IMG/VR virus record: IMGVR_UViG_3300032030_000078
Coordinates: 1,001 to 65,000 of that record
Origin: a virus
Length of the DNA: 64,000 nt
Strand: one strand, 5' to 3'
The notes under the pieces are model-generated. The model had not been told where the DNA came from, searched no databases, and saw nothing but the letters and a program-made list of their open reading frames with translations. How positions within the stretch are numbered: position 1 is the stretch's first letter; the number at the start of each line of letters is the position of its first letter. Shown piece after piece: positions 55,896-64,000 of this stretch. The translations under genes were made by a program, and so were the position numbers.

Positions 55896-57994
55896 TATAC
55901 GGTTGCCACCTCCAAATTACCATCATAAATTTCTTCTAATCTATCTGCAACTTGGTCTAGTATATTATCTACGTCTGCGGTTTCTCTTACATCTCCAAAA
56001 GTTATAGTTACATTCGGTGTAATTTGTTGATAATTTAATTTATAATCTCTAGTTGCTACATCTAATAATAATTGTATATCCTCATCGGTTAATAATTTGT
56101 CGTCTGTAGTTGTTTTTACTGCTTTTCCGCCAGTACTATCAGTACCTATTGCACTATTTAGATTATTCAAATATTTAGAATAATCACCCATTGTACCTCC
56201 AGTTAATTCATCTGTACCTATACCACTAAATATACCATATCCTTTATTATATGCATCGTTTACATCTATAGTATTTAATCTATGGTCTACTCTTTCAAGC
56301 GTTATTGCTTTTTCATTCTTACCCCATGAATTTACACTTTTTTGCCAACCTTCAAGTGTTTTTGTTGCGTTTGTTCCAAAAATAGCATCCCATACACTTG
56401 TTACTGCCTTTCCAATATCTAACACAAAAGAAACTAATTTCCCCATAATGTTAGCAACTTTTCCACCAAAATCATTAAATCCACCAATAGCAAGATTTAA
56501 AAATAATTCTATTGTGCCTATAAGTGTATTTATAACTCCATCAAATATTGAAATAATTGCATTTAATATACCTATTATAAAATTTAATATATTTGCACCA
56601 ACTGCAAAAATTACACCAACTACTACTCCTATTGCATTTACTGTTTCTCCCTGTGCCTTTTTTACATGAATAATTACCGCACTTAATACTGAAATAAATA
56701 ATATTATACCCCCAATTATCCAAAAAATAGGACTCATATATATTGCTCTATTGAAACCTAATTGCATTGCAGTTGCTACTGCTAATGATTGTGCAACTCC
56801 CATGTGTGCTATGGCTTGCAATTGTAAAGCCCTTCTATGTATAGTTGAAATAAAAGTAGAAATTGCTGTTACAGTATTATTGATTTTTTGTGCAAATGTT
56901 ATTGCCATTATACCCAATTTATATGCTCCCATTATACCTAAAATAAAAGTTAATAAAGGAATAATTGAACCTAAATTATTACGCACAAATCCAATTACAT
57001 TAGATATACCTGTAAACACTTGAACTGCTATATTACCTATAGTATACAATACGGAAACTATACTATCCATGAAATTTGTAAAATTTTCACTGTTTGCAAC
57101 TTCATTAATTTTTCTCAATATAGGGTCAAACGCTTTTAAAGCATGGTTTTTAATTCTTGCCATAGCATTTCCCCAACTAATTGGCATGTTATTGAAAGTT
57201 GTGTTAATATCTTCCGCTGCATTGAACATCGCATTTTTAATGTCTGAGGCGGTTACTTGACCTGCGGTAACCATTTTATCCAATCCTTCGGCTGTTACCC
57301 CATAAAAGTCGCGTAAATATTGTATCATCTGTGGTGCATTTTGTTTGATTATTCTATAATCATTTCCCAGTAATTTACCTGTTGAAAGTGATTGCGTTAA
57401 ATTGTACATTGTACTTTCTATTGCCGTAGCATCTGCTCCTGCATTAGAAAATGTTTTTTCCAGTAATTCAGCAAAGGCTACAACTTCATCATTACTTCCA
57501 AAAGCATTTCTTGCTTGATTTCCTACTCTTCCAACAATATCTGCAATTTGAGCATATTCAGCACCAACTCTATTAGCACTATCAAAAACCTGTTTTTCTA
57601 ACTCTTCAAGACTTCCCCCGTCATCAACCAATAAACTTAATCTTGCTCTTATCCCTGCTGTTTCATCAGATAATCCAATTAAATTTTTTATTCCAGCAAT
57701 TCCGCCCAGTGCTAAGCCTAATTTTCCAACTGTTCCAATCATATTTTGCAAAGTATTATTTGCTTGTGTATAATTATTTGTTAATTGCCTTGAGGTATTA
57801 TTAACATTGCTTAAATTGTTATTCAACTGATTAAAATTAACATTTTGTATTCGATTCATCTGTGTACTTAAAGTATTAATTTGTGTTGATAATGCCTGAA
57901 ATGTACTATTTGCACTTTGTGCAGCCCTATCAATAGTGTTTAAAGTTCTTGTCATTCTATCTTCTAAAACTAACATGCTAGCAACTGTTGCCAT
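55895..57994 (-). CDS. tape measure protein
   Basis: 699 aa, coiled-coil N-terminus, TM segments, LSRVGNQARNAFGSNDEVVAF...; no in-frame CGG. Confidence 0.9.
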   Translation of the reverse strand: MATVASMLVLEDRMTRTLNTIDRAAQSANSTFQALSTQINTLSTQMNRIQNVNFNQLNNNLSNVNNTSRQLTNNYTQANNTLQNMIGTVGKLGLALGGIAGIKNLIGLSDETAGIRARLSLLVDDGGSLEELEKQVFDSANRVGAEYAQIADIVGRVGNQARNAFGSNDEVVAFAELLEKTFSNAGADATAIESTMYNLTQSLSTGKLLGNDYRIIKQNAPQMIQYLRDFYGVTAEGLDKMVTAGQVTASDIKNAMFNAAEDINTTFNNMPISWGNAMARIKNHALKAFDPILRKINEVANSENFTNFMDSIVSVLYTIGNIAVQVFTGISNVIGFVRNNLGSIIPLLTFILGIMGAYKLGIMAITFAQKINNTVTAISTFISTIHRRALQLQAIAHMGVAQSLAVATAMQLGFNRAIYMSPIFWIIGGIILFISVLSAVIIHVKKAQGETVNAIGVVVGVIFAVGANILNFIIGILNAIISIFDGVINTLIGTIELFLNLAIGGFNDFGGKVANIMGKLVSFVLDIGKAVTSVWDAIFGTNATKTLEGWQKSVNSWGKNEKAITLERVDHRLNTIDVNDAYNKGYGIFSGIGTDELTGGTMGDYSKYLNNLNSAIGTDSTGGKAVKTTTDDKLLTDEDIQLLLDVATRDYKLNYQQITPNVTITFGDVRETADVDNILDQVADRLEEIYDGNLEVATV

Positions 57995-58188
57995 TTATCT
58001 TCGCCTCCTTGCTCTTGGTTTTTTAGAATTTATTTTATCATTTTCTTTCTTTTCTTTTTCTAATTTTGCCTGAACACAGGCAATTATAAAAGCCCTTTCT
58101 TTTTGAGGTAAATTCATATATTGTGAGGGTGTCCAGCCCATATTTAGTGTACAATACATACATATACTTGCTTCTCCACCCTCTTTAA

Positions 58189-58605
58189 TTAGTTTTTTGC
58201 TTCTTCAACGTCATCCTTTATATCATTATCAAAACCACTAATTAATTGAATTTGTTTTGCAAGTTCTGCTATTTCTCCTGCAAGTAATTTTTTTGTTACA
58301 AATTTTTCTGGCATATTTGGGCAACCAGCCTTTTCTAGTAATTCTGCATTACGAAAATCAGGATAAACAGTTTGTCCTATAACCATTAATAAATTGAACT
58401 TTGTCATGTCAAAATCTATACCTTTTTTATTTATTTTTCCTTGAGATTGTTTCTGATAATCTTTAAACTCTTCCTGTGTCATTGCCTTAACTTTGAATGT
58501 GCCTAATCTTTTACTAACAAATACATCTTCAATTATATTATCCACATCTGGTAATGCTAAAAATTTTTCTAAATCATTCATAAAAAATACCTCTATTCCT
58601 TTCAA
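58189..58605 (-). CDS. XkdN-like tail assembly chaperone
   Basis: Position between tape measure and tail tube; EDVFVSKRLGTFKVKAMTQEEFKDYQKQSQ. Confidence 0.75.
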   Translation of the reverse strand: MKGIEVFFMNDLEKFLALPDVDNIIEDVFVSKRLGTFKVKAMTQEEFKDYQKQSQGKINKKGIDFDMTKFNLLMVIGQTVYPDFRNAELLEKAGCPNMPEKFVTKKLLAGEIAELAKQIQLISGFDNDIKDDVEEAKN

Positions 58606-58693
58606 ATTTTAATTTTAAAGCACTTTTAATAAATAAAACATAAAAATATATGTCTAAAATATAAAAGTGCTTTAAAATCGATTTTAGTTAGTA

Positions 58694-59152
58694 TTAAGTT
58701 AAAGAATTAAAATCTTGTAAAATATTAAAATCATTAAATGTGAAATCAATATCTTGTTCTAATACTTCACTGTCAATATCTAATTTTGCTATATCAATAC
58801 TATCAATATTGCAACCTAATACTTGAATTACTTGTTTACCAGTTCTACTTCCTGGGTCTTCATTAGTTACCACTATTGTAAAATATGTATCCCTTCCTGT
58901 ATGTGCATATTCTTCTATCATTTTGGCAAATCTACTTGAAACATATCTAACTGTAGCACTTCCTGTTCCTGTCCAACCTATTGCTTTATTTTGTGTATTT
59001 CTTGTACCCATTGCCTTAAATTCAGTTTTATTCTTTTCTACAGTGATTGTGATATTAGATAATTCCATTAGTTTAATTATCTGTCCATTAATTTCTGCGA
59101 TTGCCTCACCCTCACGTCCATTAACTGCATCTTCTGCTTGTAATATAGTCAT
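58694..59152 (-). CDS. XkdM-like tail tube (core) protein
   Basis: AEDAVNGREGEAIAEINGQIIKLMELSNITITVEKNKTEFKAMGTRNTQNKAIGWTGTGSATVRYVSS. Confidence 0.9.
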   Translation of the reverse strand: MTILQAEDAVNGREGEAIAEINGQIIKLMELSNITITVEKNKTEFKAMGTRNTQNKAIGWTGTGSATVRYVSSRFAKMIEEYAHTGRDTYFTIVVTNEDPGSRTGKQVIQVLGCNIDSIDIAKLDIDSEVLEQDIDFTFNDFNILQDFNSLT

Positions 59153-59169
59153 AATTTACCTCCTTATAA

Positions 59170-60534
59170 TTATTTTGTCACATTTATAGTTAAATATAAA
59201 AATTCCATACTGTCTACTGGTTTTACTGTTATATCAGCAATAATACTATCAATATCATTTCCCTCACTAACAACTACTAAATCTTTATTAAACTCATCTA
59301 TTGCTCCTCGATTTTGTAAATCTGTTAAATAATTTATTATTGATGATTTAAATAGCATTCTTCCAGTGGCGTTATTTGACACCTTGCCTAAATACGTTGT
59401 TTCCCATATATCTTCAATATCTGAACCCATCGTATCCAATTCTCTAATAATTCTATTTTTGCTAAATTCATAGGAACGATTGTTGCTATATGTATGTAAT
59501 GAATTAATATCCTTTTCAACTTTTATAGTCCCATTTTGATTTAAAGATAATATAAACTTACCGTTTTTAAGTCCTTCTTCTATTCCTTGATTATCTAATG
59601 GATTTAGAATACTTGTTGCGTTATTAATTGTTTTGCCAGTTAAACTTTCAGTTATACTAGCCCCAGCGGTTGCACCTGCTACCCACGCTGTAAATGTATT
59701 AGCAGAAACTTCTGTAATATTATTGAGGACAACTCCATTTACAACATTTATAATTCCTTCATAATCTGCGTTAGTAGTATCTGCATTTGCTACTACTACT
59801 TGTATATATTTTCCCTCATCTTCACGCATAGTTTTAGCAAAATTCATGGAAGCAGTTTTATCTGCTTCGGTATCAGACAATACTGCCATTGTGTTAAATC
59901 TAGTTGTTTTCAATAAATTAAAATAACTTGTCAAATTTGCTTCAGCAACCCCATTTGTTCCTCCAGTTAACAATGTACTTGATACAACTGACAATGTTCC
60001 AGTTTTGCTAAATGTTACAAAATCATTATCCACAAGTTCACTTGCAGTTGATACAGTTTGTGTACCTACAAAATAACCATTTGCATATGTCTCAACTGTA
60101 TATAAATCTTCTGCCCTTTTTATCAATATTGCTATTTTATTTCCAAAAGTACCAGCATATTTTGCAGTTACAGTTATCCCATTTTCACCTAATATTTTAG
60201 TTGCTTGCACTCCTCCAGAACTATTTTTATTGTAAATCAATAATTTATTACAATTTTCTAATGCTAATTTAATCGGCAATGCTTCACTATCTGTGTTTAT
60301 TAATCCTATTTTTGCTAAAGAATTTCCATTTATAAACTCCTCAGCGGTTAATTCTATTAGTTTACCTGTTTCACCCCAACTTAATGGCAATATCATTGTG
60401 GCAATGCCTCGTTCTCCTACAGAAATTGTAATATCAGATTCAGTTTCAAAATTAATATAAGCACCTGGTCTTACTTTATTCATTGAACTAAATATTCCTC
60501 CAGCCATCTTATTCCTCCTTATCAATATATTCAT
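59170..60534 (-). CDS. XkdK-like tail sheath protein
   Basis: MAGGIFSSMNKVRPGAYINFETESDITISVGERGIATMILPLSWG...; true start likely MAGG. Confidence 0.93.
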   Translation of the reverse strand: MNILIRRNKMAGGIFSSMNKVRPGAYINFETESDITISVGERGIATMILPLSWGETGKLIELTAEEFINGNSLAKIGLINTDSEALPIKLALENCNKLLIYNKNSSGGVQATKILGENGITVTAKYAGTFGNKIAILIKRAEDLYTVETYANGYFVGTQTVSTASELVDNDFVTFSKTGTLSVVSSTLLTGGTNGVAEANLTSYFNLLKTTRFNTMAVLSDTEADKTASMNFAKTMREDEGKYIQVVVANADTTNADYEGIINVVNGVVLNNITEVSANTFTAWVAGATAGASITESLTGKTINNATSILNPLDNQGIEEGLKNGKFILSLNQNGTIKVEKDINSLHTYSNNRSYEFSKNRIIRELDTMGSDIEDIWETTYLGKVSNNATGRMLFKSSIINYLTDLQNRGAIDEFNKDLVVVSEGNDIDSIIADITVKPVDSMEFLYLTINVTK

Positions 60535-60967
60535 TTAATACTAATTCTTGCATTTTTATTTCTTCTTCTGTTTGTGGTATTGCGTAAACTGTTACATTAA
60601 AAAAGAAATGCAATACCCCATCTTCTTTTTCATAATATACATTTTTTATTTTTGTAGGCAATTCTAAATCAAGTTCAGTTAATTCAGTACATAATTTTAA
60701 ACCTACTTCGTCTAATTGCTGTTGCAAATTTGTTATATTTTCAGTGTTTTCAGCAACCCTATATTGTATATTCATTAAATAATCAAGTTGTATGCGTTTT
60801 GTTCCTACTCCAGCAGGAGTAATATTTTGAGTTAATTGCTTAATCCAAAAATTGGGATATACCATATTTGTTACATTTTCTTTATATCTTTTTGAATTGT
60901 TGAATATTTCACCTAATTTTATTGATACCGCACTTTTAATTGTTTCACCCAAAATTTCATATGCCAT
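60509..60967 (-). CDS. DUF6838-like tail protein
   Basis: MAYEILGETIKSAVSIKLGEIFNNSKRYKENV...FWIKQLTQNITPAG; ATG overlaps the TAA produced by the CGG skip in the upstream gene (TAATG). Confidence 0.8.
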   Translation of the reverse strand: MAYEILGETIKSAVSIKLGEIFNNSKRYKENVTNMVYPNFWIKQLTQNITPAGVGTKRIQLDYLMNIQYRVAENTENITNLQQQLDEVGLKLCTELTELDLELPTKIKNVYYEKEDGVLHFFFNVTVYAIPQTEEEIKMQELVLNEYIDKEE

Positions 60968-61483
60968 TATATTACACCCCCGCCTCCTTAAAAATTCTAA
61001 CCATTCTCTATTAAATCTTGCTGGTAATGCTAATTGAACTGTATTTATTGCAATAGTTAATATAAACACACCTTGAAATTTTCCATGTCCATATTCTATA
61101 TAAGAAGCATAATCCATCGAATTACCTATTTCTACTCGTAAATAATTTCTAATAACTTGTATATCTAATATTGTACTATTATCTGGATCTAATTTAACTC
61201 TCTGTTTGCCTGATTTTGATTTACCACCCATTGCTTTTAATTTTATTTGTTGATTGCCTATATACCAACTATTAATCATTGCACCTGTATCAATTAACCC
61301 TGTTTGTGAAGTTCCATCAGATTTTGTATAAGTGTAATTTCTTTGAATTTTTTTAGCCTCTCGAACAACTCTTTGTGCTTCCTGCAATAGAAAAGTTTTT
61401 AACCATTTATTAAATTGTTCAGTTGCTATATGTAAATTATTTGCCCATTTTTTATATTCTCTATAATCAAATCCACTTCGCAT
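60967..61483 (-). CDS. HK97 gp10-like head-tail completion protein (one CGG +1 site near 3' end)
   Basis: MRSGFDYREYKKWANNLHIATEQFNKWLKTFLLQEAQRVVREAKKIQ...EWLEFLRR[G]GVI*; CGG 60980-60982; 517 nt = 3n+1. Confidence 0.85.
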
Positions 61484-61884
61484 TATATATTTGTCCTCAC
61501 TTGCATTTCAACTGTTTTCCTTGACATTGTTGTACTAGGTTCTCCTATAACACCTTGATAAGTTTCAATTATATTTCCTTGTATATCTAATTTATAAGCA
61601 GTTACTAAATCACCATTTTGCAAGTCTACATCAATATTACAACTAATCTTTAATATTTTATTAACAGGTCGTGTTTCTTGTGTGTTACTTTCGGGATAAT
61701 CTAACTGCTCAAAACTAATATGACATGGAATATTTGTATATATAGGTATATCAGGTTGTGTTTCCCCACTTGTACCATCTGGATTTTCTATTTCAGTACG
61801 TCTTCCTATATTCATTTTATCGGTATCAAATGCTTGCATTGCTTTTCCAATAGGTTCAAAATTAATTTTATCCATTATTATCAT
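61483..61884 (-). CDS. head-tail connector/minor capsid protein
   Basis: Position and length. Confidence 0.55.
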   Translation of the reverse strand: MIIMDKINFEPIGKAMQAFDTDKMNIGRRTEIENPDGTSGETQPDIPIYTNIPCHISFEQLDYPESNTQETRPVNKILKISCNIDVDLQNGDLVTAYKLDIQGNIIETYQGVIGEPSTTMSRKTVEMQVRTNI

Positions 61885-62251
61885 CTACCTTTTCTTTAGG
61901 TGGTAAATTCACTCTATATAATAATCTATATTCTTTTATTAATTCCTCATTTTCTTCTATTTGTTTTCTCGCTAACATTTCTAATTTTGTCCTAGTAACA
62001 CTTGAAACACCAAAATTAACAGTTCTATCATATTCTGACATACTTTGTATTTGTTGCATATCTTCATCTGAAGTATTTGAATTAAACTTATCTACCACTA
62101 AATTTACAACTACATCTTTTAATTCCCTAGGAAATACCCTTCTTCTTGTTTTTATTAAAATATTACGGCATATCATTGTTATATATAATGTTAATAAATA
62201 AATTTTATGTTCATATTCTTTTTGTTCTTCTGTCTTCTCTTCGTTATCCAT
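61868..62251 (-). CDS. head-tail adaptor/phage DNA packaging (YqbG-like) protein
   Basis: Position and length. Confidence 0.5.
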   Translation of the reverse strand: MDNEEKTEEQKEYEHKIYLLTLYITMICRNILIKTRRRVFPRELKDVVVNLVVDKFNSNTSDEDMQQIQSMSEYDRTVNFGVSSVTRTKLEMLARKQIEENEELIKEYRLLYRVNLPPKEKVDDNNG

Positions 62252-62677
62252 ATATACCTCCTAAAGATATTCATTAACTAAATCGGTTATTTCCTGTTCT
62301 GTCATATCTCCTAATTGTTCATCATCACCATTTAAATTTAATATTAACTTTACATCATCTAAAATTTCATCAACTAATTCATTGGTAATTCCATCATAAC
62401 TATCTGTCATTTCTAATACCTCCATTAATTTCTGCGTTTACGTCGTGCATTGGTATCTTCATTTTCATCTCTATTCTCAGTATTATTATTATCTTCATTT
62501 TCAGTTTCTTTTTTTGCTATATTTTCTGGTTTCATTTCTTGTTCTTGTTTCATTCTTCTTACTCTATTAAATGCTGTTAAACTCATTTTAAACTCACCTC
62601 TTTATAAAAAATACCTTTGACAATTAGATTAATAATTGTCTAATTATCAAAGGTTAAATTGTTTTGTATAACTAATA

Positions 62678-63640
62678 TTACGATATCTTATGCTTTATTG
62701 CAACTAAACCAATATTTTTATCTTCATAAACTCTTTCCCAGTTAGTTCCTGTTGCTAATTCTGCATTTGATGGTGTTTGTCCTGTTGGTGTTCCTTTCCA
62801 TTTTACACCATTAACATGAAGTACCATAGCCCATCTGTTAATTACATAATCATCACCTAATAAACTATCTCTGTCTGTTTCTGCTAATACTAATGAAACT
62901 GGCGTTCCTTCACCTCTTGAAACAACTCCTCTTGCAAATAAATATGAGGTATAAATTGGTGTTTGCCCAGATGTATTTACTGGCATTCCATCATCTACTA
63001 TGATATTATACCCTAAATATGTTGCAAATGCTATTTTTCCATCTGATGTAGTTGTATATTGAATCAAGTTTTGTTTTTGCAATTCTGTGAATACCGCAGA
63101 ATGCATCATAATTGCCGTTAATTGGTCTGCGCTATCTCCTAATAATTGTTTTGCATCCAATACCATATTTCCATCAATTCCACCAGTTGCACTTGATTTA
63201 TCTAGTACATGATTAGACATTGAAGCTGCCGCTAAAGTTCCTTCTATTACACTTATTAATGTTTTTTGCTCTTGTCTTGCTCTGTAATCTGAAAACAATT
63301 CAACTATTGCCTTTACTGGGTCATCTCCTGCTAATGCTCCCGCTAAATTATTTGCTCCAAAAGATTTACCTCTATATAATACCGGAGCTTGTACTGCACT
63401 TGCTGTGATTTTTCCCGGTGTTAATGGAGTAGTATCTGACAATACTTCATCTGCCCCACTTAAATCATTCCAGTTTGGTAAATTAATAACTTTACCACCA
63501 CCACTAATTAATTGGTTTAATACTGGATTTGCTACTGCAATCCCGCTTTGTAATATTTTTGTCTTTTCTGCTGTTCTTTCCATAACGTATTTTGCAAATA
63601 CCTCTGGTACTATTACGTCTGATACTTTTGTTGTTGCCAT
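62678..63640 (-). CDS. major capsid protein
   Basis: VPEVFAKYVMERTAEKTKILQSGIAVANPVLNQLISGGGKVINLPNWNDLSGADEVLSD...; no in-frame CGG. Confidence 0.88.
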   Translation of the reverse strand: MATTKVSDVIVPEVFAKYVMERTAEKTKILQSGIAVANPVLNQLISGGGKVINLPNWNDLSGADEVLSDTTPLTPGKITASAVQAPVLYRGKSFGANNLAGALAGDDPVKAIVELFSDYRARQEQKTLISVIEGTLAAASMSNHVLDKSSATGGIDGNMVLDAKQLLGDSADQLTAIMMHSAVFTELQKQNLIQYTTTSDGKIAFATYLGYNIIVDDGMPVNTSGQTPIYTSYLFARGVVSRGEGTPVSLVLAETDRDSLLGDDYVINRWAMVLHVNGVKWKGTPTGQTPSNAELATGTNWERVYEDKNIGLVAIKHKIS

Positions 63641-63655
63641 TTTTAAATCACCTTC

Positions 63656-64000
63656 CTAAAATCTTAAATTTACTCCCGCCTCCAATGCTAATTTCTTAGC
63701 AAGTTCAGGATTATTTCTTATTAATTCACTTTGTTTTGTCAAATTAATACTGCCCATTTTAAAAGGATTGTCTTGTGTATTAACCATTACTTTTTCTGAA
63801 GGCTGTTGAATTTCCTGTCCTTTTGGCATATCAACATTGTTTGTAATTACTGTGTTAGGTTGTACAGGTTTTATCATAGACATAACATCTTGTATAGCAT
63901 CTTCTATTGTGTTATCCTCTGTTTTTAATCCCTTAGCCATTTTAACAATTTTTTCAACATCACTTTCATTTTTACCAGATAATGCAACTAATGCTTTAAT
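63656..64000 (-). CDS. scaffold/capsid assembly protein (runs off right edge)
   Basis: Frame continues upstream of track Met: IKALVALSGKNESDVEKIVKMAKGLKTEDNTI... Confidence 0.6.
   Translation of the reverse strand: MKALVALSGKNESDVEKIVKMAKGLKTEDNTIEDAIQDVMSMIKPVQPNTVITNNVDMPKGQEIQQPSEKVMVNTQDNPFKMGSINLTKQSELIRNNPELAKKLALEAGVNLRF

Noticed and set aside
3797-61483. Breaks explained by random long-read indel errors or pseudogenization
   Set aside because: All breaks are +1, all at CGG, often several per essential gene, in varied contexts, never at the many A/T homopolymers; random errors would not choose one codon or preserve 3n+k lengths in 22 genes. A systematic base-caller artifact remains a formal possibility and should be excluded with short reads.
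3797-61483. Stop codon recoding (TAG/TGA/TAA reassigned)
   Set aside because: Intact genes end normally with TAA/TAG/TGA and the breaks are frame changes, not in-frame stops.
3797-61483. One-for-one reassignment of CGG (e.g. to Trp or Gln as reported in some Firmicutes)
   Set aside because: Reading CGG as any single triplet leaves the downstream conserved sequence in the wrong frame; only consuming 4 nt works.
68-63659. Plus-strand ORFs in the track
   Set aside because: Leu/Ile/His/Phe-rich low-complexity products lying antisense to well-supported minus-strand genes; no SD or motifs. Considered spurious.
1-64000. CRISPR arrays, diversity-generating retroelements, toxin-antitoxin or defence islands
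   Set aside because: No spaced direct repeats, no reverse transcriptase and no recognisable defence genes seen.

Overview
The window is nearly a whole genome of a low-GC (AT-rich, Firmicutes-like) tailed phage with a contractile PBSX/Xkd-type tail. Essentially every supported gene is on the minus strand: packaging/head genes at 0.5-6 kb, replication/recombination genes at 9-35 kb, SNF2 and accessory genes at 35-47 kb, tail genes at 47-62 kb, major capsid at 62.7-63.6 kb. The ORF track shows many core genes broken into two to five pieces (terL, parB-like, holA, dnaX, recA, polA, dnaG, dnaB, SNF2 helicase, DNA methylase, RecB-like nuclease, resolvases, LysM protein and others). Reading every break by hand, I found one rule. 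Each break is at an in-frame CGG codon, and the conserved protein is restored exactly by skipping the C and reading the following GGN as glycine (CGGN -> Gly, a +1 shift or quadruplet decoding). I counted 37 such sites in 22 genes. In my manual scan I found no in-frame CGG read as an ordinary sense codon, while about a hundred out-of-frame CGG trinucleotides (ACG G, GCG G, GGC GGx, AAC GGx...) have no effect. All 22 merged genes have length 3n + number of skips (after removing the polA intron). The restored residues are motif glycines: RecA 'GGKTTTALDLVANAQK', DnaX 'GSAGTGKTT', 'EIDGASNNGIDQMR' and 'SEGGMRDAISMLDKCL', primase 'KRGLNENVINIFDIGYD', methylase 'FIGIEIDPEY', PolA 'IQGSAGD'. This looks like genome-wide +1/quadruplet decoding of CGG. 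The window also has a compact group I intron inside polA motif A, an intein in the Walker A motif of the SNF2 helicase, a phage-encoded clamp loader set (DnaX, delta, delta-prime-like, clamp), near-identical promoter repeats, a tRNA-Cys, an odd structured RNA/tRNA-like locus at 19.15-19.48 kb, and three tandem genes sharing an MGGRGASSS N-terminus.
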